A DNA stretch of 62,245 nt, filler included, from Basidiobolus ranarum (GCA_040143965.1; 24 parts of 24 records of this genome joined end to end with filler, not necessarily neighbours in it); one strand, 5' to 3'. Positions 10,850 through 23,581 are shown, numbered from the whole stretch's first letter. Notes: generated by a model not told the origin, from the sequence alone. Numbers and translations are program-made.

Positions 10850-12933
10850 AAACTATGCTCCTATCTCAAATGGCTCAGTGATATTGAATTATCCATTATA
10901 TAGCTGAGTAGGAAGTATTGGTATGTTGTTGAATAGTAAGCACATAGTGCCTAATGGGAAGCTCTGGCCCTAGCTGGTCCCCTTTACCAATATAATCTTA
11001 GGCTTATGGCAAATACCAGGTTTGATGTTAGCCTGACTATTTTGTGAATTGATATCAGTGAACATGTTGAAATCTGACCGGGATATTGATGGTTAAATCA
11101 CAGAGTTTATTTTTGTATTTGCATAGTAGTAATGTGTGTGCCTGATTGAGTAGACTCCATTGATTTGACAAAATCTACTGTAAGATAGTGCATTGTGCCT
11201 GCAAAAACCTCCATGTTTACTAATGCCAGGAGTGTCACCAATACATACAATGATATTTACTTTAATAAAACATTCACCCATCTGACCCCATTAGATAACC
11301 ACTCAAACTGGAAATCAAAGGCTCTAAGAAGTTATCTATAAGCATTGGTGCTTTTGGTCCAGATACAAAGGATAGTATCCAGATATTATGACTCTGATAC
11401 TCTTGGGCAGGAGGAAGATTTAAGTTTATTAAACTTATTGGCCAGCAAGCCTTTCCAACAGTATATTTGTTTAGCAAGAAACCATCCAGAGCCAATGCAA
11501 AAGCACAATCATAGGTGTTTTCAAATTAACCTTGACTTTTCAGATTCTAGTAGTGATATCCATCAAGTAGATTGGTAATACCATCAGCTTTATGGTGAGC
11601 ACTTTGATATTGGATCAATGATTTATATTTGGGTGATTTCATCAAAAATTTAAGACAGGGAATGAATGGTATATAAGCCATATTTGAACCATATTTACTT
11701 GATTCAGTGATAGCCAATTATGTGTGACAGTACATGACTTTAGGTTTCTCAAATTACCAGTAAAGCTAAACAACCATCTGGACATGAAGGTAGCTTAATT
11801 ATTAAAGGACTATAAGTCATATGAGTGACAAGCATTTTCCACTTGTTGCAGATCTGTGGCAAGTAACAGTTACCAATCAACTGTGGTAAAAGTGTAAGAA
11901 ACCCAATGAACACCTGGTTGTTAAGATTGCATTAAACTCTCCACTCCTCAATAATCAAAGCTGCTTCCTTTAATATAAGTGTTATGAGTGGACTAATGCT
12001 TGCCAATAACAAAGAGTCCATAAAAAAACCGTTGTATTCTTCTTCAACTTCTGATATACTACCATCAGTACTGGAATAACCAAGTTCAACATCTAGCAGC
12101 ATGTCCTCAAAGTTGTCTGGACTTACTAGTTTACAAAAGTCGCATTTCTATCTACATCATTCTGGTCATATAGCTATGGTAGCTCCATAGTATCTTGACT
12201 TTTGGCAATGTTACCAAAACTTTGAGGCAAAGTACAGTCAGTGGCTTCAGTGGGCAAGACTAAGGTTGATTTTATGCACTGATTACTGTTGGTATTCACC
12301 AGGCTTTGTGCAGCTGGTGGCTTTGTACTGTGTCCATGCTTGTGATTAGTTTTTTTAAGAAGCCTCTGGCTTTACAGCACAAGAATTTGAGACAATAATA
12401 GCAGGGCTGCTTTGAATGTATGTGCTGTGGCATGAGAAGGATATTGTGGAAAAATGAACACCTCCTGTGTAAGGGTGGTGTTTTAGGTATAGCCCTTCAA
12501 TATCATCAGCCAATTCAGACACAATGCCATAGATGACTCATCAGGGGATTTGCAAGATATTACCAACAATTGTTGGCAATTTTGGTTTATTACAATATGT
12601 TCTAAGCAATTTCATTACACCAGGTTCACCATCTGAAATTTTCAATGCCACTCAAAAATAGTTCAAATCTAAATCAAAATTGGCTTCTAAGCCAAAGCCT
12701 GCTGGCACAAAAAGAAAAAACTAGCAAGAACAGAGGACTAAATTGATGAGCTGTCCATCAATCCACTATCCACTTCAGAAGGCATTAACATGCCAGAAAC
12801 TAATCAAGTAATGATGAAGAATTAATCAATTTACCAGATGGGTTCCTCTCCAGCAATAGTGCAAGTGAAGAGATTGTAATCCCCCAATTAGGTAGTAAAT
12901 CCATGGTTGAGCAAAGTTCAACCAAAACACTGT
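10850..12933 (-). mobile_element. Degenerate CACTA/EnSpm element: Tnp2-type transposase (-, from about 12433) and start of divergent ORF2 (+, from about 12640)
   Basis: ALDGFLLNKYTVGKACWPISLINLNLPPAQEYQSHNIWILSFVSGPKAPMLIDNFLEPLI and IIVCIGDTPGISKHGGFCRHNALSYSRFC match Transposase_21 (Tnp2) motifs DG, WP, NLPP, GPKxP, FLxPL and GDxPA. Colinear with contigs at 15638, 36662 and 47234. Confidence 0.85.
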
Positions 12934-13033
12934 NNNNNNNNNNNNNNNNNNNNNNNNNNNNNNNNNNNNNNNNNNNNTTAATTAATTAANNNNNNNNNNN
13001 NNNNNNNNNNNNNNNNNNNNNNNNNNNNNNNNN

Positions 13034-13293
13034 TAAATCAATAAGTGAAAACCACCAATTCCTCTAATTCTCCAAACCACTTCCAACAGGCTCCCAAATA
13101 CTTTAACAGGAACATGTGTGCAAAGTTTGGGGCTTCTTTGAAAAATCTATATATCTGAAAACTTCTAAGTTGGTGTCAATATTCTAAGTAAATTCCTCAT
13201 GAGAATAATGGATAATATCTTAGTGAATTATAAGATAACAAGTACTAAGCTATATATGACTATATAGGTGTTTAGGCAATGCTAATTTCCACA
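13034..13293. repeat. Two copia family B LTR pieces in opposite orientation (13034-13108 +, 13109-13293 -)
   Basis: The LTR end ...CCAACAGGCTCCCAAATACTTTAACA abuts the interior of an inverted LTR that ends GGCAATGCTAATTTCCACA. Confidence 0.82.
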
Positions 13294-15637
13294 GTTTGAT
13301 CGTTTAGATCTCCAAGAAGAGCTGTGTAAGAGGAGAGACATGATACTATGCCAAAGTTGAGGAGAATAAAATATAGCACATAAACCATGTATCATTCTTT
13401 TTGTTAGAAAGGGTTCTCGAATATTTGCTAAACTTCAGTACTGTTATTCATTCCAATGTAATACTGCCATTACCTTGCTAGATTTAGGCAATTGCAAGTT
13501 ATGTATGCATAGATAGTCTTATGTAAGTTTCCATATCAATGGAAACATACCGATACTTAAGCATCAATGATGCACAAGTAATTTCGAGTGAAATGACATC
13601 TAGATATCAGTTTAACTAGTGATAGAAAGCAGCTCAATCAACAGTAGTGCCTGGAACATCTATGATTGTGTAGAGTGGATTGGCCTTACTTAACAATAAT
13701 TACCAATAAAATCTGCTAAACAGCCTGTACTTTAATTCCCAACTGGAATAGCAACAGTAGAGAATCAGGAATCGAATGGGATCTGATGATCATATTGCTT
13801 AGGTATTACCACAATAAGGTACTTGATTATAATGGATCGAGTAACGACCACTAGTTTCAAGTAAACATCGATAAAGAGGCACCCAAAATACTGAAGGCTA
13901 TTGGAGTTTATATATCACATAATATCTGCTAAATGATACTCTGTCTGAGCAGAAATAGAGTACCAAGTGACAAAGACATAATCTATAAAAAGCGCAGCTA
14001 GCAGCATGCCTCTACTTATACCTACACTATCTCCAGTAGTACAACGCAACAACTTTGCGGCAACATAAAAGATATACTACTTTCAAAAACACTGGATGAG
14101 ATTTTTTGTACTCTCTTACTTGCTACAAGCTTAGTGCTTTTTTGGCGACCTCCTGCCTAGAATCGCTAGTGTCTGAGTGTTAGATATACAGTGGAAAATA
14201 TATACATATCTATCAGGAAATTCCCAACTATCACTATTTTAATAAATAGTTGGCTTACTACTCTGCGAGTTTAGTGGTGGTTATATTTATTCTATCAAAT
14301 TTGTAGATAGGCAGCTTCAAGCTCAGTATGCCGAATAGATGAATAGACCTGTATCCTTCTCACGAATCCTACTAGAATACCGTTTCAACCTTGGCTGACA
14401 TGAGACCAGATATTTTAAGGATTTGAATACATTTCTTTCGCAAAGCCCCAATTCAACGATGGGATCTCATATGCATACATCCCCATGATAATTTTTCATC
14501 CATCATAACAAAAAGAATTATAAAATGTTTATAAATTATAAGATGCGCATTTCAAATACATATTCATTACCTAGAGCAGTAGAGGAAAAATATGGAGAAA
14601 TCCTCGAAACGCAATCTTACTCTGAGGATCCAAGAAATTCATGCATCTCACTTAAATAATCTATCCCTATATCAATTATTCATTAATTAACTGTGCGTAA
14701 ATAAATTCCATATTACAGATCGTCATAATGGTTACATTCTTCGATGTGTGCATGCCGCATGGAGCACCAGATCAAATCTCTGACTTCAAGTGTAAGGCTA
14801 CCATGCTCAATGCCGAAAATTTCCACGAAGAAATACAAAATCGAATGGGAAAAGAATGTTTCCTGGACTGTCAACCACAGCATAAAACCTTGAACATTAA
14901 CTTTGGTGGATTGGTCCTGCATTCCATCTAAACAAACCCAGCCTTGTATTATCTTCGTCGAATTGGCATTGCAGAGCCAACGTGGTGTTCGTGTGATCAG
15001 TCTATCAATACGACAAGCCCAAATCCTCATATAGCATCGGCTTAGGAAGAGCGACACTTGAAACAATTGCGAACAATCTATAGAACTGGATGTGAATCAA
15101 ATAAGCAAATGATTGTGCCAAGAGTCCATCATCGTAAATGAGCAGTAATGACAAAGCAAAAGATAAAGTAATCACATGGGCCAAGACTGTGGCATGTTGA
15201 GGAGATGAAACCTTGGTTTAGCCTTGGTCTGTCGCTAAGTCATACAATATAAAGAATTCACCAGAATCTCTGCTATTCGTGAAGTGCGCTTATTCAAATG
15301 GAGAATCGCATAATCCAATAGGTAGAATAGGTGCCAACATGGACAAGTGCTTATTCTACCGCTTAGCCGATAACCTTTTCATGGGATCTGAGCATGCAGC
15401 AATCTCGATTCAGAATTCGAAGATTCCGCTTTTGGTGCGATCACTATATCCTGCTATATCGATCTATCAGCAGCCAATCCGGTCTCTGTACCCAAACATT
15501 ACGTCGATTCACTAGCAAACTTAACTTGTCTACCCCCNNNNNNNNNNNNNNNNNNNNNNNNNNNNNNNNNNNNNNNNNNNNTTAATTAATTAANNNNNNN
15601 NNNNNNNNNNNNNNNNNNNNNNNNNNNNNNNNNNNNN

Positions 15638-16892
15638 CCAGGTCTGTGGCCAGCAACAGTTGCCAATCAACTGTGGTAAAAGTGTAAGAAAACCAATAAA
15701 CACCTGGTTGCTAAGATTGGATTGAACTCTCCACTCCTCAGGAATCAAAGCTGCTTCCCTTACAGTAAGTGTTATGAGTGGACTAATTTTTCCAATAACA
15801 AAGAGACCATAACAAAACAATTGTCTTTTTCTTCAACTTCTGATATACTATCATTGGTACTGGAATAACCAAGGACAATATCTAGCAGCAAGTCCTCAAA
15901 ATTGTCTGGACTTTTTGGTTGGACCAAAGTTGCATTTGAACCTACATGATTCTGGTCATATAATTGTTTTAAGTCCATGGTATCTTGACTTTTGGCAGTG
16001 TTACCAAAACTTTGAGGCAAACTACAGTCAGTGGACTCAATAGGCAAAACTAAAGTCAACTTAGTACACTTATTATTGTTGTGATATACCAGGCTTTGTG
16101 CAGCTGGTGACTTCATAGAGTGACCATACTTGTGATTATTTCTTCTATGGAGCCTCTGGCTTTTATAGCACAAGAATTTGCAACAATAATAGCAGGGCTT
16201 CTTTAAACAATTATGTTGTGGCATGAGAAGGATATTGTAGAAAAAAGAACACCTCCCATGTAAGGGTGATATTTTAGGTTGAGCCCATCAATATCATTAG
16301 CTAATTCTGAGATGGTGTCACAGATGAGTCATCAGAGGATTTACCAGATATTGCCGGTAATGGATTGCAATTTTGGTGTATTAAAAGCTGTTTCTAAGCA
16401 ATTTTATTACACCAAGTTTACCATCTGAAATGTCAAAACCATTCAAAAAGCATTCAAAATCTAAGTCATAATTGGCTTCTAAGCCAAAGCCTGCCAGCAC
16501 AAAAGGAAAAAAACCAACCAGAACAGAGGACTTAATTGATGAGCAGTCTAGCAATCCACTGTCCACTTTGGAAGGCATTAACATGCTGGAAACTAGGAGA
16601 ATATATAACAGAGACTAGGGATTGCAAAGATGACAAGTTAGCATTCAAGTAGTAATTGTGTAAAATTTGGGTTATGTTTCTTGCACATGTGTTGATCCAT
16701 AGGTCTCTGAGATTGTAGCCAATCATATGCAACTATTTTGTGAGATCTTGAAATGTCCTCCTGAAACTGAAAAAATCAATTAAAATCAAATCTAACTTGA
16801 TGATTTTATGATGGTTAGTTAAAGGTCAATCCGAAATGGATTAAAATTGTGATGGTTTTGCTACAATAACAATCCTCATATTTTTGTTAAGG
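15638..16892 (-). mobile_element. CACTA element end: transposase 5' part (-, ATG 16224), internally deleted ORF2 (+, from about 16430), terminus at 16892
   Basis: MPQHNCLKKPCYYCCKFLC...EEWRVQSNLSNQVFIGFLTLLPQL is shared with contigs 5, 15 and 19. The ORF2 5' end is fused to its own 3' end near 16590-16600 (compare 47510-48740). Confidence 0.82.
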
Positions 16893-18011
16893 TTTACTGT
16901 GGTTGAAGAAGCAATTACTACCAAGCACAAACCACAAGGTAGACAACCTGCTCAAGCACATGCTGCCATGTGACTGCAGGCAAGGCTAGTTGAAAGAGAT
17001 GAAGCTTCTACCATGGTTGAAGTGGCAAAAACTGCCAAACACAAACCTCAAGACAGAGAACTTGCTTGAGCACACATTGCCATGCAACAATGGCCAAAGC
17101 CAGTCAAAAGAGATTAAGCTGCTACCCTGGCTGAAGAATGAATAATAGGCAAGCAAAAACCTAAAGTAAGACATTCCAGGCCAACATGTAGATTTACAAG
17201 TTACAAGTAATGGTTGGTTGACCCATCAAATGAAGGATCCACATCTGAAGAAGTAACTGTAGATATAAACAAACCGCAAACTTGACCAGACAAGCCAACA
17301 CTTACCACAGTACATTGACCTCAAGCCACAACTCTTACTGGGGTATGTACAAAAACTTCAGCAGGATCAAATCAATCAACCCAGATCAGAGGGTCAAGCA
17401 AAGTTCCTTCTGTGAAAGTATCAAGGAGACAACAAAAATAACAGAAGCAAATAAGCATGTACTGCTTCAAATCTGGACAACTCCTGAATGCTCTTGTTGA
17501 TAGTTACATTATCCGGTTTTTACTGTGTAGCACATTGTGCATATTCAAAATGGATTGCTGTCACATTGACATAAATTCCTTCAGATGGAACACAAATGCT
17601 TATGTCTTTATGAAACACTGATAGCATGAAATTTTCATCTATCAAAAATATCAATCATAGCCTATTAATACAAGCAATTTCATTACAAATGGAAGAGAAA
17701 TGTCTGTCAATAAAATGCTTGTGCTGCTGTATTGGTTCAATATGGCTCAATCTGTTGACATTCTCACCCAATTAGATGCTGACATGTTTGAGTGAATAAT
17801 TTGCTGATCTAATAATAATAAATCAAGCAATCTGGATCAATACTATCATACTGCAAAGCTATCCCCCATTGAGTTTGGTGATTTGCCACTGGTGTGCCAA
17901 AACTACTGGTGTGTCATAATGCAGAGGCCATGGGTCCTAATTGAAAATCAAGATACTGTGTTAGTGAGGGACAAATGATTGGCCTAAAAAAATGTGAATG
18001 TCTTGGTTATT

Positions 18012-18141
18012 GATAACATTGGGATTTGTTCGTGGATATTGTTAATATATTCTTATGGCATCAACTCACATTGGCAGATATCAGGCAGATATAGCAACTG
18101 TGTGAAGATTTTGTAATTGGATATGAAAAACTTTATTAAAG
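18012..18141 (+). mobile_element. CACTA transposase fragment
   Basis: HWDLFVDIVNIFLWHQLTLADIRQI*QLCEDFVIGYEKLY, homologous to 37137-37463. Confidence 0.8.
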
Positions 18142-18241
18142 NNNNNNNNNNNNNNNNNNNNNNNNNNNNNNNNNNNNNNNNNNNNTTAATTAATTAANNN
18201 NNNNNNNNNNNNNNNNNNNNNNNNNNNNNNNNNNNNNNNNN

Positions 18242-18581
18242 AAGAATTCCTAGTGGACACCTAGGCATCTGTAAAATCATTAGGTGCATGCTGATGTGTG
18301 CCATCTATACCTTCATTTGAATGTGCATGCAAAAATTTGGAAGTAGTGGTTTCTGTGCCAAAGTAGGTTGTGTAGCAGGAAGAATCTGTTTTGAGATAAT
18401 ATGTAGCTACCGTATATATCTATGATGTCAGACTTTATTGGTTTCAAACAGAATCAGGGATCTTTTTATATTATTGGTTAAAATGTCAAAGTTAATTTCC
18501 TATAGTGTGATCAAGTATAATGCATTCCACATTGAGCCATTTTGCTATGTGCACAAAACAAATTGATTCAGATCAAACTAT
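18242..18581 (-). mobile_element. PHIS-type element copy (ORF2 5' region and intergenic spacer) interrupted by a second copy
   Basis: Diverged reverse complement of about 19850-20185. Confidence 0.8.
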
Positions 18582-20744
18582 AGACTTCTTCCATTTTATT
18601 GAGCCAGATCAGGCCTGCCAAAAAGTGTGCCAGCAGAAATTGGCATGATTGGGCACTATCCTGCACAATGTTATTTACCATTTTGGAAACAGTCTATTTT
18701 ACCTATGTGTTATATACAAGAAAAGTACTTTTAGACATTATTGCACATTCAAAATATGATGAAAGTTTTATTTGTAGTGTCTTAAGTCTAGAGCTCTCAA
18801 TGGATATCTTTGAGTATGAATGTATTGAGAATTAATCAACATTTTGACTACTTTGGCTAACTTTGATTGAGGCCCACAAAATGATTTTCCTCTATACTTT
18901 CCTGTTACAATCCTATATCTCATAGAAAAACAAACTCTGTTCTACTCTTGCTCTAAAACGGAAAAAATGTTGTTACAAAGCTTTTGCCTCTCTGTGAGAA
19001 TCCCTCCTCTGGGCCTCTTGTTAGCAGTGACACATCCTTGCCCTCTGCATTCTTCCCCAACATATGCCAAATCAGCCATAGTCTTTTAATATCTTACAAA
19101 TGGTGCATGCCTCTCAACCCAAAGCCTTTTGTCATGGTGTCTCCCTGGATGAGGCCCACTAAACCAAATAATGTTTCCTTCCTAATATGTCAAAGCCTGG
19201 AACTTTAGACAGTGGGCTTTGTACTTGCCAGACTAGAATAGCTTTTGGTTGCTTTTGGGCTTGTTAATTCTGACTGGAAATGTGTCCAGAATACTTCTGA
19301 TATGAACTATTCTGGGAAATTCTCCAGGAAATGGAAGGAAATTAGAGTCTCTAAATCTTTTGTCCCAGGTGCCTTCAACATCATGTATCATTAAAGCTAG
19401 AAACTTATCACTTACTTGAAGCCTGCTATGGAAGCTTCTCCCACTTTTGCTACCATTAATAGTGCACTGAAATCTGATTGGACAATAGTTTTTGCAGTAA
19501 CAAAACAAATTGACTAGCTGCTTTCTGGTAGGTATTGGAGTATATGAGCCTCAGTACTTCTCAAATATAGCTTCTAGGGTGGTGACTGGAAAGCCAGTAG
19601 TTGCTTTTGGATTAATGAGTAATGACCATTTAGAGTTGATGGAGAGCAAGATATTAATCTTGTATTGAGGTGGCACAATACTGATCAATCTGGTGCATGC
19701 AGGTTATTGATTTAAGAAGTTCAATTATTATGGTAAAATTCCCTACATTCTGTATAATAAATTTCTGTTTGCATTGATGATCCTATTTATTTCAATTATT
19801 TGTAAATCCATGGCAATTATTTAATATACTGCTTGAGCAAAGTAAATCATAGTTTGATCCAAATCAATTAATTTAGCATACATATCAAAACAGCTCAATG
19901 CAGAATGCATTATGCCTGATCACACTATAGGAAAATAACTTTGACATTTTAACCAACAATATAAAAAGATCCCTAATTCTGATTGAAACCAATAAAGTCT
20001 AACTTCATAGATATATATGTTAGTTATGTATCATGTCAAAATGGATTCTTCCTGATTCACAACCTACTTTGGTACAGGAAACCACCACTTCCAAAATTTT
20101 GCATGCCAAATTGAATGATGGTGTGGGCGGCACAAAGCAGTATGCACCTTATGATTTTACAGATGCCCAGGTATCCACTTTGAATCCTTGCTTCGATATA
20201 TAGGAATTGTGGATAAACATGACAGAAGCTGGGGAAGGGGGTATTAGACAAAAGCAGAAGCAACTTTCCACTCTGCTTTGGAGAGAATACTATATCTTGA
20301 TGCTTTCAGAAGATTGCAAGAAAAAAACAAGAAGACTCATGAGGATTGAAAGCATGAATTGTGAAATAGGAATTTCAATTTTGAGTCTGCAAAAACACAA
20401 TTCTAATCACATTTTTGCTTGTATGGACCAGAAGCAACCATTGCAGCCTCAACTTTAGAGACAAAAGAAGTTCTAAATAGATATCTACCACTACTCAATG
20501 AGCCTTTTCAGCAACTGTTGATGGAGGTTGCAGAGTTCAAAACAACATTTCAGGAAACTATGGTAAGAGTAATCAACAGAGGTGTAAAGAGAAAAGCAAG
20601 ACAATTTAGTGAATCAGAAGATATTCCCAAAAGCAAATTGGAGCAGTCTAGACCATTGCAGAGATGTACTAGATCACTCCAAATTGAAGAGACTCCTGAA
20701 AAGATCTCTATTTCACAAGAAGAATCTACACAACTCACCACTAG
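18582..20744 (-). mobile_element. PIF/Harbinger/ISL2EU-type (DDE_Tnp_4) DNA transposon: terminus at 18582, decayed transposase (-, about 18770-19660), divergent ORF2 (+, from about 20033)
   Basis: ILDTFPVRINKPKSNQKLF*SGKYKAH.LKFQ...GPHPG.HHDK...MADLAY...RARVE are the DDE_Tnp_4 catalytic motifs. Terminus AGACTTCTTCCATTTTATTGAGCCAGATCAGG is shared with 55076 (reverse). Confidence 0.85.
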
Positions 20745-20844
20745 NNNNNNNNNNNNNNNNNNNNNNNNNNNNNNNNNNNNNNNNNNNNTTAATTAATTAA
20801 NNNNNNNNNNNNNNNNNNNNNNNNNNNNNNNNNNNNNNNNNNNN

Positions 20845-22364
20845 ACCTTTTCCCACCCAGTGAGATGCTCATCATGGGCCCACATAGATCAGAATGAATC
20901 AGGGAAATACTCTGGGTGGATTTGCTCCCTCCAGAGCATAAAAATGGCTGTCTGTGATGTTTTCCATATATGCAACCTTCACACAGATCCAATTTAGTGA
21001 TATTTCCAATTTCCCAGCCTGAAACAAGCTGATTTTGGATCATTTAAGTCATTTTTTGTTCCCCAATATGGCCTAATCGTCTATGCCATGTTTGACAACT
21101 TATTTCACCAGTTTTGGCCAAGTTTGCATGCTCAGAATGCAATTTGTCAATTTCCAGACTGTATAAGTTTTGAGTTTTGATCCCAGTAGCTAATTTGGTA
21201 TTTTTCTGATCTGTGATAGTGCATCCAGCCTTACTGAACATGAAATCTAATTCTTCAGTTGATGCTTGGCTTACTGAGAGTAGATTCTTGGCTATATTTG
21301 GCACATAGAGTACATCATCTAATTTGGCAGATGGTGTAGCTGAATTGTGGTCTAAATTGAGTACAACTCTGCCCTTACCAACTGCCTCTAGTGTATAATC
21401 ATCACCCAAGTAGACTTTTCTAGTTTGGATTGGTTTTAAGCTGAAGAACCAATCTTTCCTGTTTGACATATACAGGGAAGCTCCTGAATCAATGTACCAT
21501 GTTTCTAAGTCTTCTTTAGTTGTTACTAATAGGGCAGACACAAATAAATGATCTCTATCAGTGCTTACTTGACTTGCTTGTTCCAATTTTTGCTTTTTGG
21601 CAACAATCCTTTTTCTTCAAACTTTGATTAAATGGCCTGGTTTCTTGCAATACTTGCAGATGATTAATTTCCTAATAGGGGCACCATTGTTGCAGCCTGT
21701 TGGATGTTTTACAGCTCCAAAAAAGGCCTGTTGTGCGTTATTTTGCTGAGAATTAGATCTCCTTAATTCTTCAGTCAAAAGTCTAGTACCAACAAATTCC
21801 ATTGTTATTGGCTTTGATCTTGATTCTGGGGCAATTATGAGGTTCCCAAACTTGTCTGGCAGGCTCCCAAGTAGTGTCATGACTAAGTCATCTTCATTTA
21901 GAGGTACTCCAATGGATGAGAGCTGATGTACCATAGTTTTTATCCAATTTATATGATTAAGAGTAGAATCATCAGGATTCATCTGAATTGAGGACAACTT
22001 TCACCTAAGATACAGCCTATTAGCCAGACATTTACTCTAATATAGCCCCTCAAGCATTTCCCAAGCTTTTTGGACATTTTTGGCTGATTTAATGTGCCTC
22101 AATTGAGAATCTCTGCGATGTAGACAAAGTGTAGAGAGTGCTTTCCTCTGCTTCTTGTGAAAGGCAAGGATAGCTTCTGGTGGTTCCTTTGGCCCTATTT
22201 CTTCTCCTGTAACCAATCCCCAAAGGTCCTGGTCTTCTAGCACCATTTGCATCTTGAACTTCCAAATGTGAAAGTCTTCATCATCAAACCTCTTTGTGAA
22301 TGCAAAAGTGCTGGTGATAGTACTGGTAGACATTCCTTTAACAGCTAGCTTGGGGCTCATATCC
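20845..22364 (-). mobile_element. Copia family A internal 5' part: PBS, gag, zinc knuckle, protease, start of integrase
   Basis: FHIWKFKMQMVLEDQDLWGLV, LLGSLPDKF, CKYCKKPGH, WYIDSGAS, WHRRLGH, CEGC, IHSDLCGPM. Few disablements, so a relatively young copy. Confidence 0.93.
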
Positions 22365-22716
22365 TGATAAAAGTGTTTAGGGGATTTGGAAGTGTTTTGG
22401 ACAAGATTTGGATTTGTGAATTAGACACTTATGTTTTATTGATTTGAATATGTCCCATTTATAGTTTTCTATGAAATAGAAATATTGGACATGCTTAGAT
22501 CATAAAAAACATGCCTGTTAAGCATGGGTGAAAATTAGAGGTGATTGGGAGAAATTTTGTGAAAAAAATGAAAATTGGTAAAAGTGTTCTAATTGATATT
22601 TCTAACAATTAGAGTAATAAACACACGTTTTTGAATGACAGAATTGAGTGCTAAATAATCAGAATATGTATAAGCTAACTACTAAATAATGAGTTGCTAT
22701 TTACCTAATTTCAACA
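22365..22716 (-). repeat. Copia family A 5' LTR, adjoining a partial older family A LTR (22717 to about 22812)
   Basis: On the minus strand TGTTGAAATTAGG...CTTTTATCA, homologous to 7329-7680. The adjacent ~95 bp repeat the LTR 5' portion. Confidence 0.85.
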
Positions 22717-23089
22717 ATAAACACACATTTTCAAATGGCAGAATTGAATGCTGAATAATTAGAATACAAACAAGCTAAGTACTAAATAGTTAGTTGCTTT
22801 TTATCTAAATTCAGTGGCAATCAGAGCTGTTTCTGATGTTATTTGATTTCCTGGTTTGGAATAAGGGTACCAGAACTTCTGACATTGTATTGCACACTTC
22901 ACTACACAAAATATGGATTGAAGGGTCCTCAGGAATGCTATTTTTTCATTGTTTTGGTTGATTTAATGTGAACAATTGGATATGAAGAAAATTGACTTTT
23001 GTCATCATCTGAGCTCATTGTTGATGAAAATGTTTCATTTTCACTGAACAAAAATCACTGGACTTGATTAGTTTCAAAATTTCTGTAAC

Positions 23090-23346
23090 ATATAGTCTTT
23101 AGGCCCTAGTTTTAGTACAATAACCCAGAAATATGCATATCTTACTTTTTGATCATAGTTAGACCAATTTTTTGATCATAACTCTGACATAAGCAATGCA
23201 TCCTCTGATCCCCCAATGTTTTACATCCAATTTAACATCACACCAAGCCTCATATGGTGTAGGGTTAAAAATACTGCTAGTATAATATAATTATTGAGAT
23301 ATACAGCTGTAGCAACAGATTTGACCTAAAAGTTAAGAGATAAGTT
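23090..23346 (-). mobile_element. Copia integrase C-terminal fragment
   Basis: SVATAVYLNN...PTPYEAW...GCIAYV...CIFLGYC pattern on the minus strand. Confidence 0.7.
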
Positions 23347-23446
23347 NNNNNNNNNNNNNNNNNNNNNNNNNNNNNNNNNNNNNNNNNNNNTTAATTAATT
23401 AANNNNNNNNNNNNNNNNNNNNNNNNNNNNNNNNNNNNNNNNNNNN

Positions 23447-23581
23447 AGCTAGCTTTTGTTGTTCAGCTTCTACTTGCTTTTGTTCGCCCTTGGCGACCAT
23501 ACTTTCACTGTTGAACATCTTACCAACTCCTTCTTGGATGTTACCAGCGGCGTTCTTAGCGGCAGCAGAGATTTTAGACAT
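23447..23581 (-). CDS. CsbD/LEA-like small stress protein, 5' part (truncated by contig end)
   Basis: MSKISAAAKNAAGNIQEGVGKMFNSESMVAKGEQKQVEAEQQK, a CsbD-like GxxKExVGxxxxxxxLxxxG pattern. Confidence 0.7.

Noticed and set aside
13089-13108. GGCTCCCAAA after CCAACA as a tRNA-Pro-type primer site
   Set aside because: All family B copies extend to TACTTTAACA, and the copy at 50529 shows the iMet-type PBS after that point, so this segment is part of the LTR.
14713-15537. Short ORFs on both strands
   Set aside because: No recognisable motif and no consistent exon structure that I could support.
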